A stretch of DNA of 64,000 nt from Camelus ferus (GCF_009834535.1 NC_045697.1:70310001-70374000), one strand, 5' to 3'; shown: positions 14,161-28,100, counted from the first letter of the stretch. Numbers and translations: made by a program. Notes: generated by a model not told the origin, from the sequence alone.

Positions 14161-15477
14161 CTATATAGGTATCATAAAGGTGAGTTTGACATGGGCTTTT
14201 TTGAATTATGTAAAATAAAGATCAAGTGATGATCGGAAATCAAGACAGAACGTTTTTAATCTTAAAACAATTAAAGAGAATTTGGAGGAATATTTAATGA
14301 TCATTTTCCCTTCTGCATTTTATTCTCTATCTTCCTTTTTCTATCTACCTCTTCCCCCGTCTCTAAACTACTGGTAGAGAATTTAAATGTATATTTAGAG
14401 TATCTATTTACTGAGCACAATTTTGTGATCCCTTTCCTTATTTTGTTAAAAGAAAAATAATTAGATACTGTTTTATTTATTAAATGATAAATTAAAAATA
14501 CAAACAATCTTTGTGTCAGAATGTTTAGTTGGAAGCAACAGAAACTGTGGATTTAAACACAAATGGGACAGCTCTAGAATCTGTGACAGGCATTTAACCA
14601 GGCTACTCATCCATGACTAGAGGGTAGAGTCATGTTACAGAATCATGAGTCTCTCACAGCTGTTGAGCGCTAGCCTCTGTGTCTTGATCTCTACCATTAA
14701 CAGACCCCGGGGGTTGCTGGTGGCACAGTGGCTCCTGTTACCCCAGAAAATGGATGTGGCTGCTAGTGGCTCCTCTACCAGGAATTTAGAGCCATCCTTG
14801 CTTCTTTGGACCCATAGCTTCGGATTTAGTTAGTCCAGGCTCTGTCTGGTCTGTGGCCTGGGTCAGGTGTCTGTGCTCTGTCTGGAGGGAGGCTATGGAA
14901 ACCAGTCTCATGCGTGTTCATCTTCTGTGGTCAGAGGCAGGCTCTGCCTCATACGATGGGGAGGCTCTGTAACTAGAAAGGTGTTTAGATTCTAGATGGC
15001 CAAAAAGATAGACATTTATCATCAGTGGTTCTCAGCTGATTTTCTCCTTCTCTGGGCAGAGGTCTTTAAAAGACTGCCTCTTGAGAATCAAGACCAATAC
15101 TCTACTTCTTCTCTTGGCCTGAAATATTGAGGGCTTAGCAAGGAAATAATTGGTCCTCTCTTCACACTGCCTGACCAGAGTTTGGCTGGGACAGGAAATA
15201 GGATAGAAGTGATAAGATAGCTGCCAAAGCCAAAATTTATGCCTAAAGTACCAATTTTTAAACCTTTACAATACTCTGATTTTTAAATTTTACAGTCTCT
15301 TTCTATCTGCTTACTTCTTCTCAAAAATCATTTAACATGCTAACATATTCTAGAAGAAATAAATTTTTTTGTTTTTGTTTTTGTATTTTCTAGAATTACA
15401 ACAATTAAGTTAGGGCTAGCCATAGGGAGACACATGGCCTAAAAAATGTTAATATAACTCCTTACCCCCAGACTAAT

Positions 15478-15885
15478 TGTATTCATTTGTTAAGAGCTGC
15501 TGAAACAAAGTAGCATAAACTAGGTGGCTTAAACAACAGAAATTGAATGTCCCACAGTCTAGGAGACTAGAAGTCCAAGATCAGGGTGTCATCTGGGTTG
15601 GTTCTTTCTGCAGGCTGTGAGAGAAGCATTTGTTCCAGGTCTCTTTCCTTGGCTTGCGGATGGCTGTCTTCCCCTGGTGTCTACCCATCATCTTCCCTCT
15701 GTACGTGTCTGTGTCCAAATTCATTATTTTATAAGAACATCAGTCATATTGGATTAGAGCTCATCCACATGATCTCATTCTAACTTGCCTATCTCTATAA
15801 AGATCCTATCTCTAAATAAGGTCATATTCTGAAATACTACAGATTAGGACTTCAGCATATGAACTTTGAGAGGGGCACAATCAAC
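15478..15885 (-). mobile_element. MaLR solo LTR (MLT1C/D-like)
   Basis: tgtattcatttg...ggtggcttaaacaacagaaat...aataaggtcatattctga...gggcacaatc. Confidence 0.8.
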
Positions 15886-18185
15886 ATTAATCTTGTTGTT
15901 AATCTTAATAAAAATTTTGTGTTTAGGAGAGGAGGAGAGGAGACTGTAAAAGACTCTTTTGGCTGTATTGGCTTCTAATTGGGGAAGAAAGCAGTGCCAA
16001 AGGCCAGGAGTCTGAGATAATGGGATTTTCAAATGAGGGCAGGCCTGAGAAGGCTTCTCAGTACACAATCTATAGTAGTCATATTCTTTAAAGAAAAATT
16101 TGCAGACATGATCAAGGCAATTATATATATGTAGAGTTTGGTAGTTATATGTCCTGTACAAAGCACTAAACTTTTTTTTTTTTTTGAGAACTTAAAAAAG
16201 CACAACTTCTCTAATGTGCTCCAGGTGCTAAAACTTATTCTGGAAACAGTTCAACAATATTGCAATAGAACTTAATCCTACTAATTTCACTGAATTTTTC
16301 TTTGACTAGAGGAAATCATATACAAAAGCTCAAAACTCATGAGTATTTTCGTATGGATTCACCCAATCAAATGAAACCACCTTTTTTTGAGCACCTATAT
16401 ATAAAGCAAAATGTAATAAAGAGAAGTCCTAGCGTCAGAAAATTCTGATGGAAACGTCTCTACTCCATCAGCCTTCTCTACCTCAAAGGACTCAGAAACA
16501 ATAGTATAAACTACTGACAGCTCCACGAGTCTAAGGTATTTTTATACAAAACTATGAGCAAGAGCCTGGCTTTTGCTTTTAGGTTACTGAGACATATGGC
16601 AAATTTTTTTTATTGGTCTCAAGTACCTCAGAATTAAAATGGAGACGATTGCTGAGATGTTGCAAAAAATTAAGAGTACAAACAATTACTGGCAAATTTT
16701 ATTAAATAGCATGATTAAAATGACAGCCTTAAGATTATTAAAATAGACTGTAGTCTAAGAGTACACTTAGACTACACTTGCACTTAGTCTAAGTCTTTTT
16801 AGGTTCCTACTATATTCCATCTTGCATTTTGGCAAATTGCATATTTATTTTACAACTTTGGCAAATTTACATGTTTTCTACCATCCCCTGCCCTAAGGCC
16901 ATGGGAAGCATGTGTTCTGTTCGGTTTCATTTTCTTTGGGGGCTTCTTCCTTGGCGTGGTGCTGAAAAAGGGATCACTATGGACATCATCTTTCAAATAT
17001 TTGCATGTGAATGAGCAAAGCAACCACACGATGGCAGCATGTTAAAAGAATAAAGAGCTGTTCACTTGAAGCCATCCTTTTAATTTTTTTGACTCTATAT
17101 GAACAAAGAGGAAAACCTCAAATCTACCTTAGTGAACCCCTTATTCTAGATGATACAGGAACTGAGGGTAAATGACGGTTTCCAGATCTCAAAAACAATA
17201 AGGAGCAAGAGAAGAGAGAGCTCTGAGTTCTGAGACTTCAAAGTTGAACCAGACAATCAGGCTGTGACTCATCCTTCAAACGGAATGGCTTTTGGTAACA
17301 AGCAAGGGAATTACTTGGCAAAGTGTACAAAGAAGAATGATAATTTATGGATCGTGCCTAATTTCACTGTCGAGTAGTTAAACAAGATGTTTGGGATTGC
17401 TCTGCTGATTAAATTAAAAAGCCTCTCAGTTATAGATATGTGTGTGTTACTTATTTTTGAATGAATCACCAAAATATTGCAATGATGAATTTGAACAACC
17501 TCCTTGCCTTGTCATCTGTGACTAAGGATTTTTATCTCATTAGCAAACAAATTAGTCCACATTTGTTGAAAATCTCCAGCTGCATGATAATTGCCTAGGA
17601 ATGAGAGAGAGAGTGAGAGAGAGGCTCTGGTGTTGGAAATGTCTAGGTATGATTAACAGTGTCATCGGACATGTCTTTCTGTTTCAAACCCTTGGTTCTG
17701 TTTTCTTATGCATTGGCTTCATTTTCAACCTTTCAGGCCTTCTTATGTGATGGTGAACATCACTCCAGGTTGTGTTTAGCTAGAGGTTTAGCTACTTCGA
17801 GAAGAGTTCTCTTCCCCAGTGGTTTCAGCAAAAGTTCTGGGCTGGCTCCCATTGGCCAGGCTTGAGTCACCTATAAACTCCTGAGCCAATCACGGTGCCA
17901 GAGAGAAAAGGCCTGCTCTGGCTTGCTAGGTCAGTCACAGGCACATGGCTGGACCCAGACTTGAGTCACTGTTCTCCTCACTGACAACATGGACTGAGAA
18001 TGCAAGAACAGAGGTTTCCCAAAAGAAAGTCAGGATTCTGTTACCAAAATAAGGGGGAAGGAATGTTAGCTAGGCAGAAACAATAGCTGTCCACTAAAAG
18101 AAATTTAAAAGATGTAGTCCCTGCCCTCAAGAACTTAATAAACTTGAATCCTGAGCTGAAGAATTATTATCAACATTATGTTTGA

Positions 18186-18340
18186 GGGGGGAGTACAGCT
18201 CAGTGGTAGAGTGTGTGTTTAGCATGCATGAGGTCCTGGGTTCAATTCCCAGTACCTCCGTTAAAAATAAATAAATAAAAATAAGCCTAATTACACCTGC
18301 CCCCAAAAGACAATGTAAATAAATAAATGTATTTTTTTAA
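18186..18340 (+). mobile_element. Vic-1-type camelid tRNA-derived SINE
   Basis: A box agctcagtggta, B box ggttcaattcc, tail cctaattacacctgccccc; flanking repeat attatgttt at 18175 and 18341. Confidence 0.88.
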
Positions 18341-18669
18341 ATTATGTTTAAAATTGCTTTAGAGTTTCTAAAGTACTTATTTCATGTAATTCTTACAAGG
18401 AGAGTTTCATGTCAGTCCTATTTTGTAATTAAGGGCAAAGAGAATCATAGACATTAAATTATTTGCTTAACTTCTGCTTATCTTGCCTAACATGAACTTA
18501 TACCAAAGCTGAAACTCATATTCATATTTCCCAAATGTCAGTAATTCTACCTACGTACAACAGCATGGAATGCTTCTGAGTATTTATTTGTAAGTAAGAA
18601 ATATGTTTATATTATATGATCTAATGTGCAATAATCAAGCTGTGTTTGACATGAGAAAAATCACCTAAC

Positions 18670-18858
18670 ACAGTGTCTTTCAAATTGTAATCTTCCCACG
18701 GAGTAATTTCCTGGGGTGTTTGTTATAAATATAAATTCCAGGGTTTCTTTCTTCCGGCTTTCTGAATCAGCATCTCCAGAGATGGGGTCCCAGAAATTAG
18801 TATTTTTAAACAAGAGAATCATCTGATTTTTATGCACCACAATGTTTAAGAATCTCTG
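18670..18858. mobile_element. MER5A-like hAT-Charlie MITE
   Basis: cagtg..ttcaaa / tttaagaatctctg termini and ttctgaatcag core. Confidence 0.65.
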
Positions 18859-19547
18859 ACTTAACATACTTAATTGCTTGCAGCCTTAGAGAGCTGATAT
18901 TTATGGAAAATAAATCAGAAATACACAAAATTCCTCTCAGTCCCTCCTTTGGGTTTTGCCTTTAGTCTGGTCATGCTTCCTTTTTTATTCTTTTCCCTTC
19001 CCTCTAAGTTAAAATACTCATAAACAGAAAGGCTAAGTATCATGCCATCATTCCACCCAATTTGTGACATGACAAATTAATCAGTGAATGGGGATATCTG
19101 TTTTCACAGCAAATACCATAAAATAAAATTTTGGAATTAGCAAGGACTTTAGCTGAACTACTCTTCTGCTCAGATAAGGAAACTGATTTGCAGAAAACTA
19201 AAGTGACTTGCTTAGCTAGGCAATTAGTATGGATGGCCCTTTTGAAACTATTCATTTTTAAATGACTATTTCATTTGGGAAAATGGTCATAAAAGTCAGT
19301 TAGCATTTAGAATTAAAACCCAGCTTTAGTTACATTTAATTGTGTGCACACTAGAGCATAGAATTCAATTTCAGAATCCTGCACCATATTTTATGACTTG
19401 TCTTTATTAATAGTTATTGGACATTTGCTATCCCTCTGCATGTATTCCTCATTTAATTTCCACAATGATAGGAGTAAGTACTAGTGTTCCCATTTTATAA
19501 ATGAGGAAGCCAGGGCATGTGCAGATTAGGTAGCTCACCCTGGACCA

Positions 19548-19720
19548 ATATTTCTAATATTTCTAAAATTTTATGTGCAAAAGCATCACCTGGGATTCTG
19601 ATTAATAAACACATTCTGATTCAGTGGGTCTTGGGTGGGACCTGAGATTCTGCATCTTAATCAGCTCACAGGTGAAGGCCAATATTGTTGGCTGGCTGAT
19701 CATACATGGAGCAGCAACGT
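19548..19720. mobile_element. MER5A-like MITE within a MIR
   Basis: attctgattcagtgggtcttgggtgggacctgagattctgcat core. Confidence 0.6.
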
Positions 19721-20139
19721 CTTAGATCACGAAACGGCATGTGGCAGGCAGGCAGACAATGTCTTAACCTTGGCTATTTGACACCAAAGCTCATTGCATT
19801 TAACTCCTATACAGAGTATGTGTTGACCTTAGTCTTTATTACATTATAATTTACATCCTATGGGTAGAAGAGAGAGGTCAGTTCTCATTGCACAAACATT
19901 TGTGATGTAACTCTACCCTTAAGGAATATGCAGGGAAACAAAGGGACCATCCTCACCCCAGACCATCTCTTCTATACTTGAATCTTCTGGGGCCACTGCT
20001 CTCCAGAGGGAAGGAACAAGTAGGGTGGCAGCTGCCACTTCACTTATACTTTTGAGTCACAGGGTTTCTCCTGCTCAGTGAGTGGAACCACTCAACTCTG
20101 ATTTATCCTTTCCTGCCCAAATATATATATATAGTCAAA

Positions 20140-20510
20140 TGACAAACCAAAACAACTTAGTAAAGAATTTGATGTCTTTTATTCAAGGGAAGCAATCCAT
20201 GGATTTGGGGAGTATGGTACCTCACTAGCAGTTCCTGAGGGATTTGGGGCAAGAGCAAGTTTTTATAGAGCATTGGAAGAAGGAATTCAGAAACAGGAGG
20301 TTGGGGATTTCCTGGCAAGGCCAGCAGGCCCTATTTTCTTAGCTGAGCTTGCTAAAGCTGAGTTGCAGGATGGTGATCATCATACGCAGGGTTTCCTTGA
20401 CAGGGGTTTTCCTTAAGTGCAGGTTCACTTAGGTTTAGATTTGTGACATGGGCCGGGCCCCTGGGGTGACCTCCGTTTTGTGGGTCCGGAGGCACAAATC
20501 ACTTCGTTTC
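20140..20510 (-). mobile_element. ERV-like solo LTR
   Basis: Antisense AATAAA (tttatt) and TATA (ttttata) in LTR-like order; boundaries approximate. Confidence 0.45.
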
Positions 20511-20959
20511 TATGTATTGAATTTATGTATGACACTTGCTTCATGATTTCTAGCTTACTTTAACTTTGCTTTCCACTTTTCCTTGGTGTTCACAGTTCGT
20601 TTTCTTCTGATTCATCTTTTAATCCTATCTTTTATCTTACGTTTTTGAGCAAAACCACCTCCTTACTATTATACAACTTTAATTCTAACTGTTACTAAAA
20701 ATGTAGAAGATTCTAGTTAGTCACCTTTTATATTTATTACTTTGGTAAAAACAGCTTTTTTTCCTGTTTTATTTTCCTTCCTGTGAGGTAGTTTGACTTG
20801 GGTTGTTCAAACTGAGGGACAAGGGAAATAAATCTGGGTGTTCAGCATGAAAAGAGCTAATGAAACAGCTCTTTTTAGGGAAAGGGGGCTTTTTGTCCTT
20901 CCTAGGTTATTCTTCATGTCTGTTTGATATCTCTGTTCTCTGGTTCTTATCTTTAAAAG

Positions 20960-21315
20960 ACAGCTGCTTTACCCCAGGCATAAATCAGAGGAGAAAAACC
21001 AGCTACCCAGTGAAGCTGGGGCCTGGAGGGAGGATGAACGGGAAGAGGCATCCGCAGAAGGTAGGGGCGGAGAAGCAGGGGCCCCTGGACGGTACGCCCT
21101 CAGGGGGCCAAACACGGCAAACAGACGTCCACTACCCAACCACTCCCGCCAGCGCGCAGGCAGAACAGAGACGCCAACTGGGGAAGAAAGAGGTGAAGGC
21201 TTTGATGTCTCAGAAGCAGAAAAGAAGACCCCAGACGAGTGATATGTATGCCTTGGGAGCAAATCTGCCCCGGAAGAATAAGGTGCACACTCGGGATTCG
21301 TGGCACACATGGGAG
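20960..21315 (+). CDS. Coding exon 2 (DSCFTPGINQRRK...HTRDSWHTWE), basic and probably disordered region
   Basis: Pyrimidine-rich acceptor ttcttatctttaaaag|; 356 nt open and GC-rich in an AT-rich background; strong donor GAG|gtaagg. The phase-0 end joins directly to the hydrophobic exon at 34434. Confidence 0.75.
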
Positions 21316-22669
21316 GTAAGGGCTCAATTCCAGAACACAGGACCGAACCGGAAACGAGGGAGAAACGCTGTCAATCGTAAATGACAGTTACATAAAACAG
21401 AGACCACACTGTGTTTTTCCACAATGCTCCAGGTTTAAGAGTGTATAGATGAAATATTTCAGTTTTCTTGGAAAATATATTGAAGATAGATTTATTCAAG
21501 ATTATATGCATCAAAAAATTTTCAAAATTTATATGTACACACAAATTTGGACTTCCTGAATTAACCTGTTAATTTATTTGAAAGCAAGCAAACACATAAA
21601 GAACTCGCAAAACAAAAACTCATTAAAATTTAGTTGATTATTTGATATCGGAGAGCTAGATTTACATTTTTCCACTTTTTAGTCAGCTGCTAGAAATCAA
21701 ATATGTACAGTCTAATTTATACAAACTTAGCTGGAAAATTAGAGGACTAGTATAAATTTCAGTTAATGTATAAAAATTCAGTTAACCTCTATCTTGAAAA
21801 TTTGTTTGGTACCGAAAATTTAGAGCTTAAAAAAAATTGGAACTGTGAGAAGAATAAAAATCTACTATTAGACTTGCTTGCAATTAGTGTTCTCAGCTCA
21901 CTAATATTTTGACATACTGTTACCCTGAGGTATTAGTGGATTATTTAACCACAGGTAAATAAAAGTGATGGGGGCTGCAGAGGTGTTGGAGGAGGGAATG
22001 CCAGAAGTTTTGTGATGGGAAAGCAAAGAAAACGTATTTATGAATAGATGAAAAAGTGCAAATTCATTCTTATTTTAGACATCTACTGTAGCTAGAAATA
22101 CTTTATTTTTTTTTTTTTATTTTTACTTTTGTGTTTATCCACTGTTTTTATTTCTTTTTAGCAAGACCTTCGGTCAGTTTACTCATAACATACTGCTGGA
22201 TATGGAGGTCTGTTGCTTTTATTTTTAATTTCATTATAATCAAGATCGTTCATGAATATTTTGTATTTTTATATAAGTTTAGAGATCAGGGCCATGTGGA
22301 ATGAACTTTAAATAAGTGCAAAATTTTACTTAAACTTTTTTCCTTTTTTTAAAAAAAATGAATTTTAGCTATTTTACAATGTTGTATTAGTTTCTGTACA
22401 GCATAGTGATTCAATTATATATACACAGATATATATATATATATGTATATGTACACACACACACGCACACATATAGAAATACAACTTCAGGATCTTTAAT
22501 GATACAGGTCTCGATTTGTATTACTCCTCACAGCTCCATTTAAATCTACCACTCTGCCTCTCTGCATTTCTTTTGTCTTAGTTGATAGACATTGCACACT
22601 TGATAATCCCTAAAGCAAGAAACCAGAAGGATGTTTAGAGAGCATAAAACTTCAGCTCCCAGCTGTGAA

Positions 22670-22671
<2 letters not shown>

Positions 22672-22708
<37 letters not shown>
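22672..22708. repeat. (CA)n microsatellite
   Basis: Directly visible. Confidence 0.95.
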
Positions 22709-22709
<1 letters not shown>

Positions 22710-24608
22710 AGAAACCAAAGGAAGTTAGGGAGAACCTGTAATGTACTCACAAGAAGAAAAGCTATGGAATATGTTAATGTAGGACTCAGTTGTATGGAAT
22801 ATTCTTGAACAGAAACTATTGTAATTTATATGAAGATTATAAGACTATAGATATACCCTCACATATCATGTTTTTAAAAATTAGTTTAAAAAAAAAACTT
22901 TTACACCATATGCATATGGTGCAAAATTCAAGGATTGCGTAGTAAGAGGCAGCCTACAACTCCCTAGCACTGGCTCCTACCCGTGACTCCTAACCCACTC
23001 CCCAAAGCCTCCTCGTCAGACACAACCACTGTTATCATATCTTGTGTATTGTCCAGAGATATTATGTGGAAGATTTTAAACTCTCTCTTCTATCCATTAG
23101 TTGAAACATAAGTAAGAAGTTCAGTTTTCCATTGACTTACAATCTAGTCTTTGATTCTGACCTGAAAACGACTTCTATGGATCAGTCCAGATCACTGAGA
23201 ACTTGCTGGATATACCAGGAGTGGACCTGATCCTGCCTCGGGAGAGGGCTCTTTTCTCTAACGACAAGATAAGTAGATGATTCCTAGGAAGCTGTCCTCC
23301 CTTAATTGGCCTATTTCATTAATTCATTGCTGAGTAATTACAGCTGAACCCAAATGAAAACGTAAAATGGCTGTGATTTACTTGTACAGATTGAATGGTA
23401 TGGGTGGCCTGGACTGTGAAAAGAAACAGATTACTCTTTGTTTTTTGTTGTTACATCCAAGCTTTCCTATCTGCTTTGGGTGAATTATCACCAGCCACAT
23501 GAAAATTCACTGATGAAAAAAAAAAGACTGGGAGAAACTACACATTTCCCTCTTGTGCACAGTGCTGATAAATTTATATTGTCTGTATAAAATACTATCT
23601 TGTCTTGTATCTAGTCTGTATAAAATACCAATTGTTAATAATTCAGCAGTAGATCTTTTGAGTTCTCAGCACTTTAAAATTGATATTGTCACCAAAATAC
23701 CTATGATTTGCCACTATTTAAAACTGACCAGAATGGTACAGCAAAAAGTTCTCATCAAAATATCCATGGCTCTTGGCATTTATAGCTGAGTTAACTAAAT
23801 GCCAGCACGGTGTTAGTCCTCATTGCTATAAATGTGAGATTAAATCGGAACAATTGTGACAAACATGCCACGATGACAATGAATGATGAAACACTCTGCT
23901 CAAACCTGAATTGGTCCATGTAGCAGCCGGCAGGTGGGCTGCTGGGTGCAAGTAGGACTCTGTAGCTAGCAGCACCGTTTAATTTTGGCAGAACAGTTAC
24001 ACAGGGATGGTATTCAAGATGGGACTGTCGTATCTCGGAAAGTATTCTAATAGTATTGCTAACTGTGACTCGTTATATCCTTAGTATGTGCCAGTAGGAA
24101 GTCACAAGCATCTAAACTTGTTCAATACTTATTTTCCTAGGTCAACCCATCAAAGAAATATTCATTTGTCATTACTGATAAATTAAATTGGAGTCTCTGA
24201 AGATAAAGTGATATTTTTCTTCTTTTTAAACTCAATTTTTATTTTCAAATCGATACAGAAACACAGTTTCATAAAAAATCAACTTTTTATGAGGCTTATA
24301 ATTCAAAAACAGCACTCCTCTCCCTCTTCCTTCTGATTATTGCTCTTCAGAAGCCACTTTCAACTTTTAGATTTTTTTCTGCTGTTTACCACTGTATTTC
24401 TAAATAACAGTCATTTAAGGCTATTTTGTTCAATTTATACACTATTGATCAATTCCTGTTCCTAACCCCCGCCCTCCTGCCCCTCAAACACAAAGTTACA
24501 CTTTCTTCTTTCTAATATAACTACAGCTTCATCTTTGACTAAATCAATATTCAGTTTTCATTATTACAGCCATTTAAATATTTATCACAGCTGACCCCTG
24601 TAGTCTAT

Positions 24609-25104
24609 TGTAGGGGAAGAAAAACTTTTCCTTGACCCTTTTAAAGTCCTTGGTTGAGTCTGAAAATTAAACTCACAAAGATAGACTAATAGGAGAAAAA
24701 GCATGCAAATGTATTACATGTTACCTGACATGGGAGCCTTCAAAAGGAAATAAAGACCTGAAGAAATGGTTAAACCTGAGTGTTTGGATGCTGGGTCTGA
24801 TGAAGAGTAGACAGTGGTGGGGAAGCATGAGAGGACAGAGGGTGGGGGTAAGTGTAGTAACTGGGGGAAACTGAGCCGACCTGTTCACTTGGATTCTGGG
24901 TCTCAGAGACAAGGATGCTCCTTTCCTGCAGGCATAGGGAGGGCGCCTCCCACATGGGGGTCTCATCACCTGCTTCAGCAGAGAAGGGCCGGGGAACGTC
25001 AAAGAGACTGTCCTGCTTCTTCTGTTTTCTCAGACTTTTTTAGCTTAAAATATTCAATATGCCCAGGTGCCATATTTTGGGGTACCCTGTCCTGAACTCC
25101 ATCA
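24609..25104 (-). mobile_element. ERV1-class solo LTR
   Basis: TG...CA ends; minus-strand start tgatggagttcaggaca..cccaaaatatggcacc; near-TSD ctat/atat. Confidence 0.75.
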
Positions 25105-28100
25105 ATATCATGATTATAATTCCTTTCTCCCACAACTTTGTTGTCTAGGTAGTTATAATTCCATCTTTTTTCCCTTTTTGGCTTAGTTCTCCATATGCCC
25201 ATGTCTAATTCATCCTGTGCGTCTTCACAAAGTATTACCTTCCTCTGAATATAGTCGAACACTTTGGATAACCTCTCAGTTTCCCCATCCTCCTGGAGAC
25301 ACACTTTCCATTCTGCTGCTCCAACTTGACCTCTCCACCTGCCTCTCAGTGGCCTTCCTGGGATTTCTCATCACATCATCCTGGAAATTCCCTCCGCCTT
25401 CCTCCTGGCCTGGAGCTTTCATTCTCAGCCCCTGAGACATCCTCCTTCTGGGCTTACTCTCCTGTTCTGGGAGAGCACATCCTCTAGCAGCTGCCTACGT
25501 GGTTGCATGAGAGGTAGACTTCCAGACCTCTGAATATCTGAAAATGAAAGGGTCCTAATTCTTCCATCACACTTGTTTTATATTTAGACTTGGTGTAGAA
25601 TTCTAGGTTTCAAATAATTTATTCTTAAAATTTGAAGAGATTGTTCTAGTGTGCTTCAGGTAACAGCTTTGGGGCTGAGACATCTGGTGTACTGTGATTC
25701 ATGCTTCTTGGTATGTGACCTTCTTTTCTTATTTACTTTCTTCCCTTTTTTGTCTCCTCTCCTCTTTTCTTTTCTCTTCTTTTCGTTACATCCCCCTCTG
25801 CCCTCAGAAATTTTTAGATTCTTCTTTTCTGTAGCCACTGTTCTGAAGTTTCTCAGTGATTTATGTATTTATGTAATTTTTTTCCTTTCCCTTAGAGCTA
25901 GACACCTTCTTTCATCACAGTGTGACCTTTCAGTCTGGAAACTCCTGTCATTTCAGATTTGGGAAATTTTCTTGGATCACTTACTCATACTTTTCTCCTT
26001 TTCATATTCTCTTATTTCTTTATGGAATGCCTATTATTTGGACATCAGATTTCCTGGAAAGACACTCTAATTCTCTTTTATCTTTTTGTTTTCCTATCTT
26101 CTCTCTCTCATTGGTTTCCTGCCAACTTAATGGGGTTTCAGGAGGGAGCATACATGATTATATATTTATTGCTTGATATTTAACCATGAATCTGACAATT
26201 AGGAAGGAGCTGAAGTTTTGCAGAAAACGAACTGCTCTTTAAGAACTAGTGGCCAAGCATTAGTGGCTGGTAATTAAACAGGCAACGGATATGGGATTAC
26301 CCTTTTCATCATTCAAATATGAAATTAAAATATGAAATTGCCTTACATGAAAGCACCTTTGAAGCTGCCTGACTAAATACCTATTAAATAGTCCAGAAAT
26401 GCACCCACATAGTTTAAGATAGGGAAATGATTTCAATCCCCAAGGGAGAGAACAATAAATAAATCCCTTGTATGAAATCTCTACCTTGTCCCTAACATTA
26501 AACTGGTCTCAAGTATAAGTGTCACTCCCTTGTAAAAGTACCCAACAGACAAAATACAAACATGCTGGTTTTGGTAAGATGAGGCTGGAAAAATATGAAA
26601 TACAGACATGTCCTTTTTACTACTGAACCGATTTTAAAAATACGATGGTCACTAGAATTACTTAATTGATAGGAGAAGAAAATGCCAAATTTCATCCTAG
26701 TTTGGACTTATGTTTTTAGCCTTCTTTCTGTACAATTATGATTGAAGGGGCACTCATGAATGAATGCTCCTGTAACTGGCTGTTGGATTTCTCTTTTAGC
26801 TAACAGGGGTTTTCAACATTCCTGGTATGTTCCCCTAAGCTTTCACTCCCCCGATGTTAACCAGGACCAGGCTTCTCTGCCACACAGACACACACGTGGG
26901 TTACAGACGCTGTTATCAGCTTCCTCTTCCAACAGGAAGACCACATCTGTCACTCAGGAAGTCTGTGCAGAACACCTCCCATTACTCCCGGGCTGAACAC
27001 TCTCAGGAAGGGTGAATACATAGGATCACGTAGGAGACAGGGCAGCAGCCAGGAGAGAAGGAGGCACACACTTCATTGGAGAAGCTGCACGTCCCCAGGA
27101 TCTTGTCTTTTAACTCCAGAGTATCTTTTCCCTCCCATTTACCTGCTGATTGGTTCCTTACTAGAGTCGAGGATGTGAAAGGTAGTAGGATGTGAGTAAG
27201 GGGTTAACAGCAGGTTAGGGCTGATCCAGGCCCGCCGAGGGATGTCTTCTCACAGCACCATTTCCTCGGCCACGGCAGAGTTAACACAAAATGTGGACTG
27301 TTGTGTCTGTCTTGCCTTATTTACCCTTGGTCTGTGCAGCTGCACCTGGGCAGGGGGTTCTGTGCTTTGGGCGGCAGACTTTAGGCTGATGTGACTGGAA
27401 CAGTTTAAAAGGTGGGAAAGGGAGGGCGATGTGGCCTGGTGACCACACACACCTGCTCTGTGGCGGCCCGACACACTGCGGGTGAGGGGTGGCTCTGGGC
27501 CTCCGAGGAGACGCGGGAACTGTACTCACTGAATTTCCTGTGCCGTTTCCTTCCATAAAGCTGAGCAATATGCTGTTAGATTTCAGCCTTTTAGTGGCTC
27601 ACGAGCATGACTGTCGAGTTGGACTAGTTGGACCAGCAGCCACGGTGGCACTGCAAAGGCAAAGGCGAAACTCTTATCTCAGGTTGTTACGTGTTTTTTG
27701 TAATTGAAGCTATTTTCATTTCATACATTACCAATGTATTTTACACTTTTGTGTATTTTACATTTCTCAGTAAATACTTGATTGTCATAAACTGGATTCC
27801 CTTAATGGAAGCTGAGGACAAACTAGAGATAACCGGTACATTTTGTAGATTAAGAATTTGCCCTCTGTCTCCTTTTCCAGCCTCATCTTACCAAAACTAA
27901 TCCTTGCTCTTTGATACAAAAAAATGAAGAAATGAACCTCCTTATTTTACAGTTTCCCTCTAGTACTTACCACAGTTATAATTTTACTTCCATATGAACC
28001 CAGATAAAAGAGGGACATGTGAAAAAATTCAAGTGTCAATCAATAAAGGGGAAATACAAGAAAGTAGCATTTATGTGCCTACAAGAAGAAAATGGAGACT

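Noticed and set aside
18186..18260. tRNA gene-like A and B boxes (also at ~51000, ~53130, ~62370)
   Set aside because: Each continues into the shared AT-rich/cctaattac tail and most have TSDs, so they are SINE copies, not tRNA genes.
20860..21384. 174-aa single-exon ORF
   Set aside because: Better explained as internal exon 20960-21315, with the ORF running into flanking intron past strong splice sites.
27971..28077. Minus-strand exon-like segment (ttgtag| ... |gtaagt)
   Set aside because: No convincing reading frame or partner exons; could be chance.
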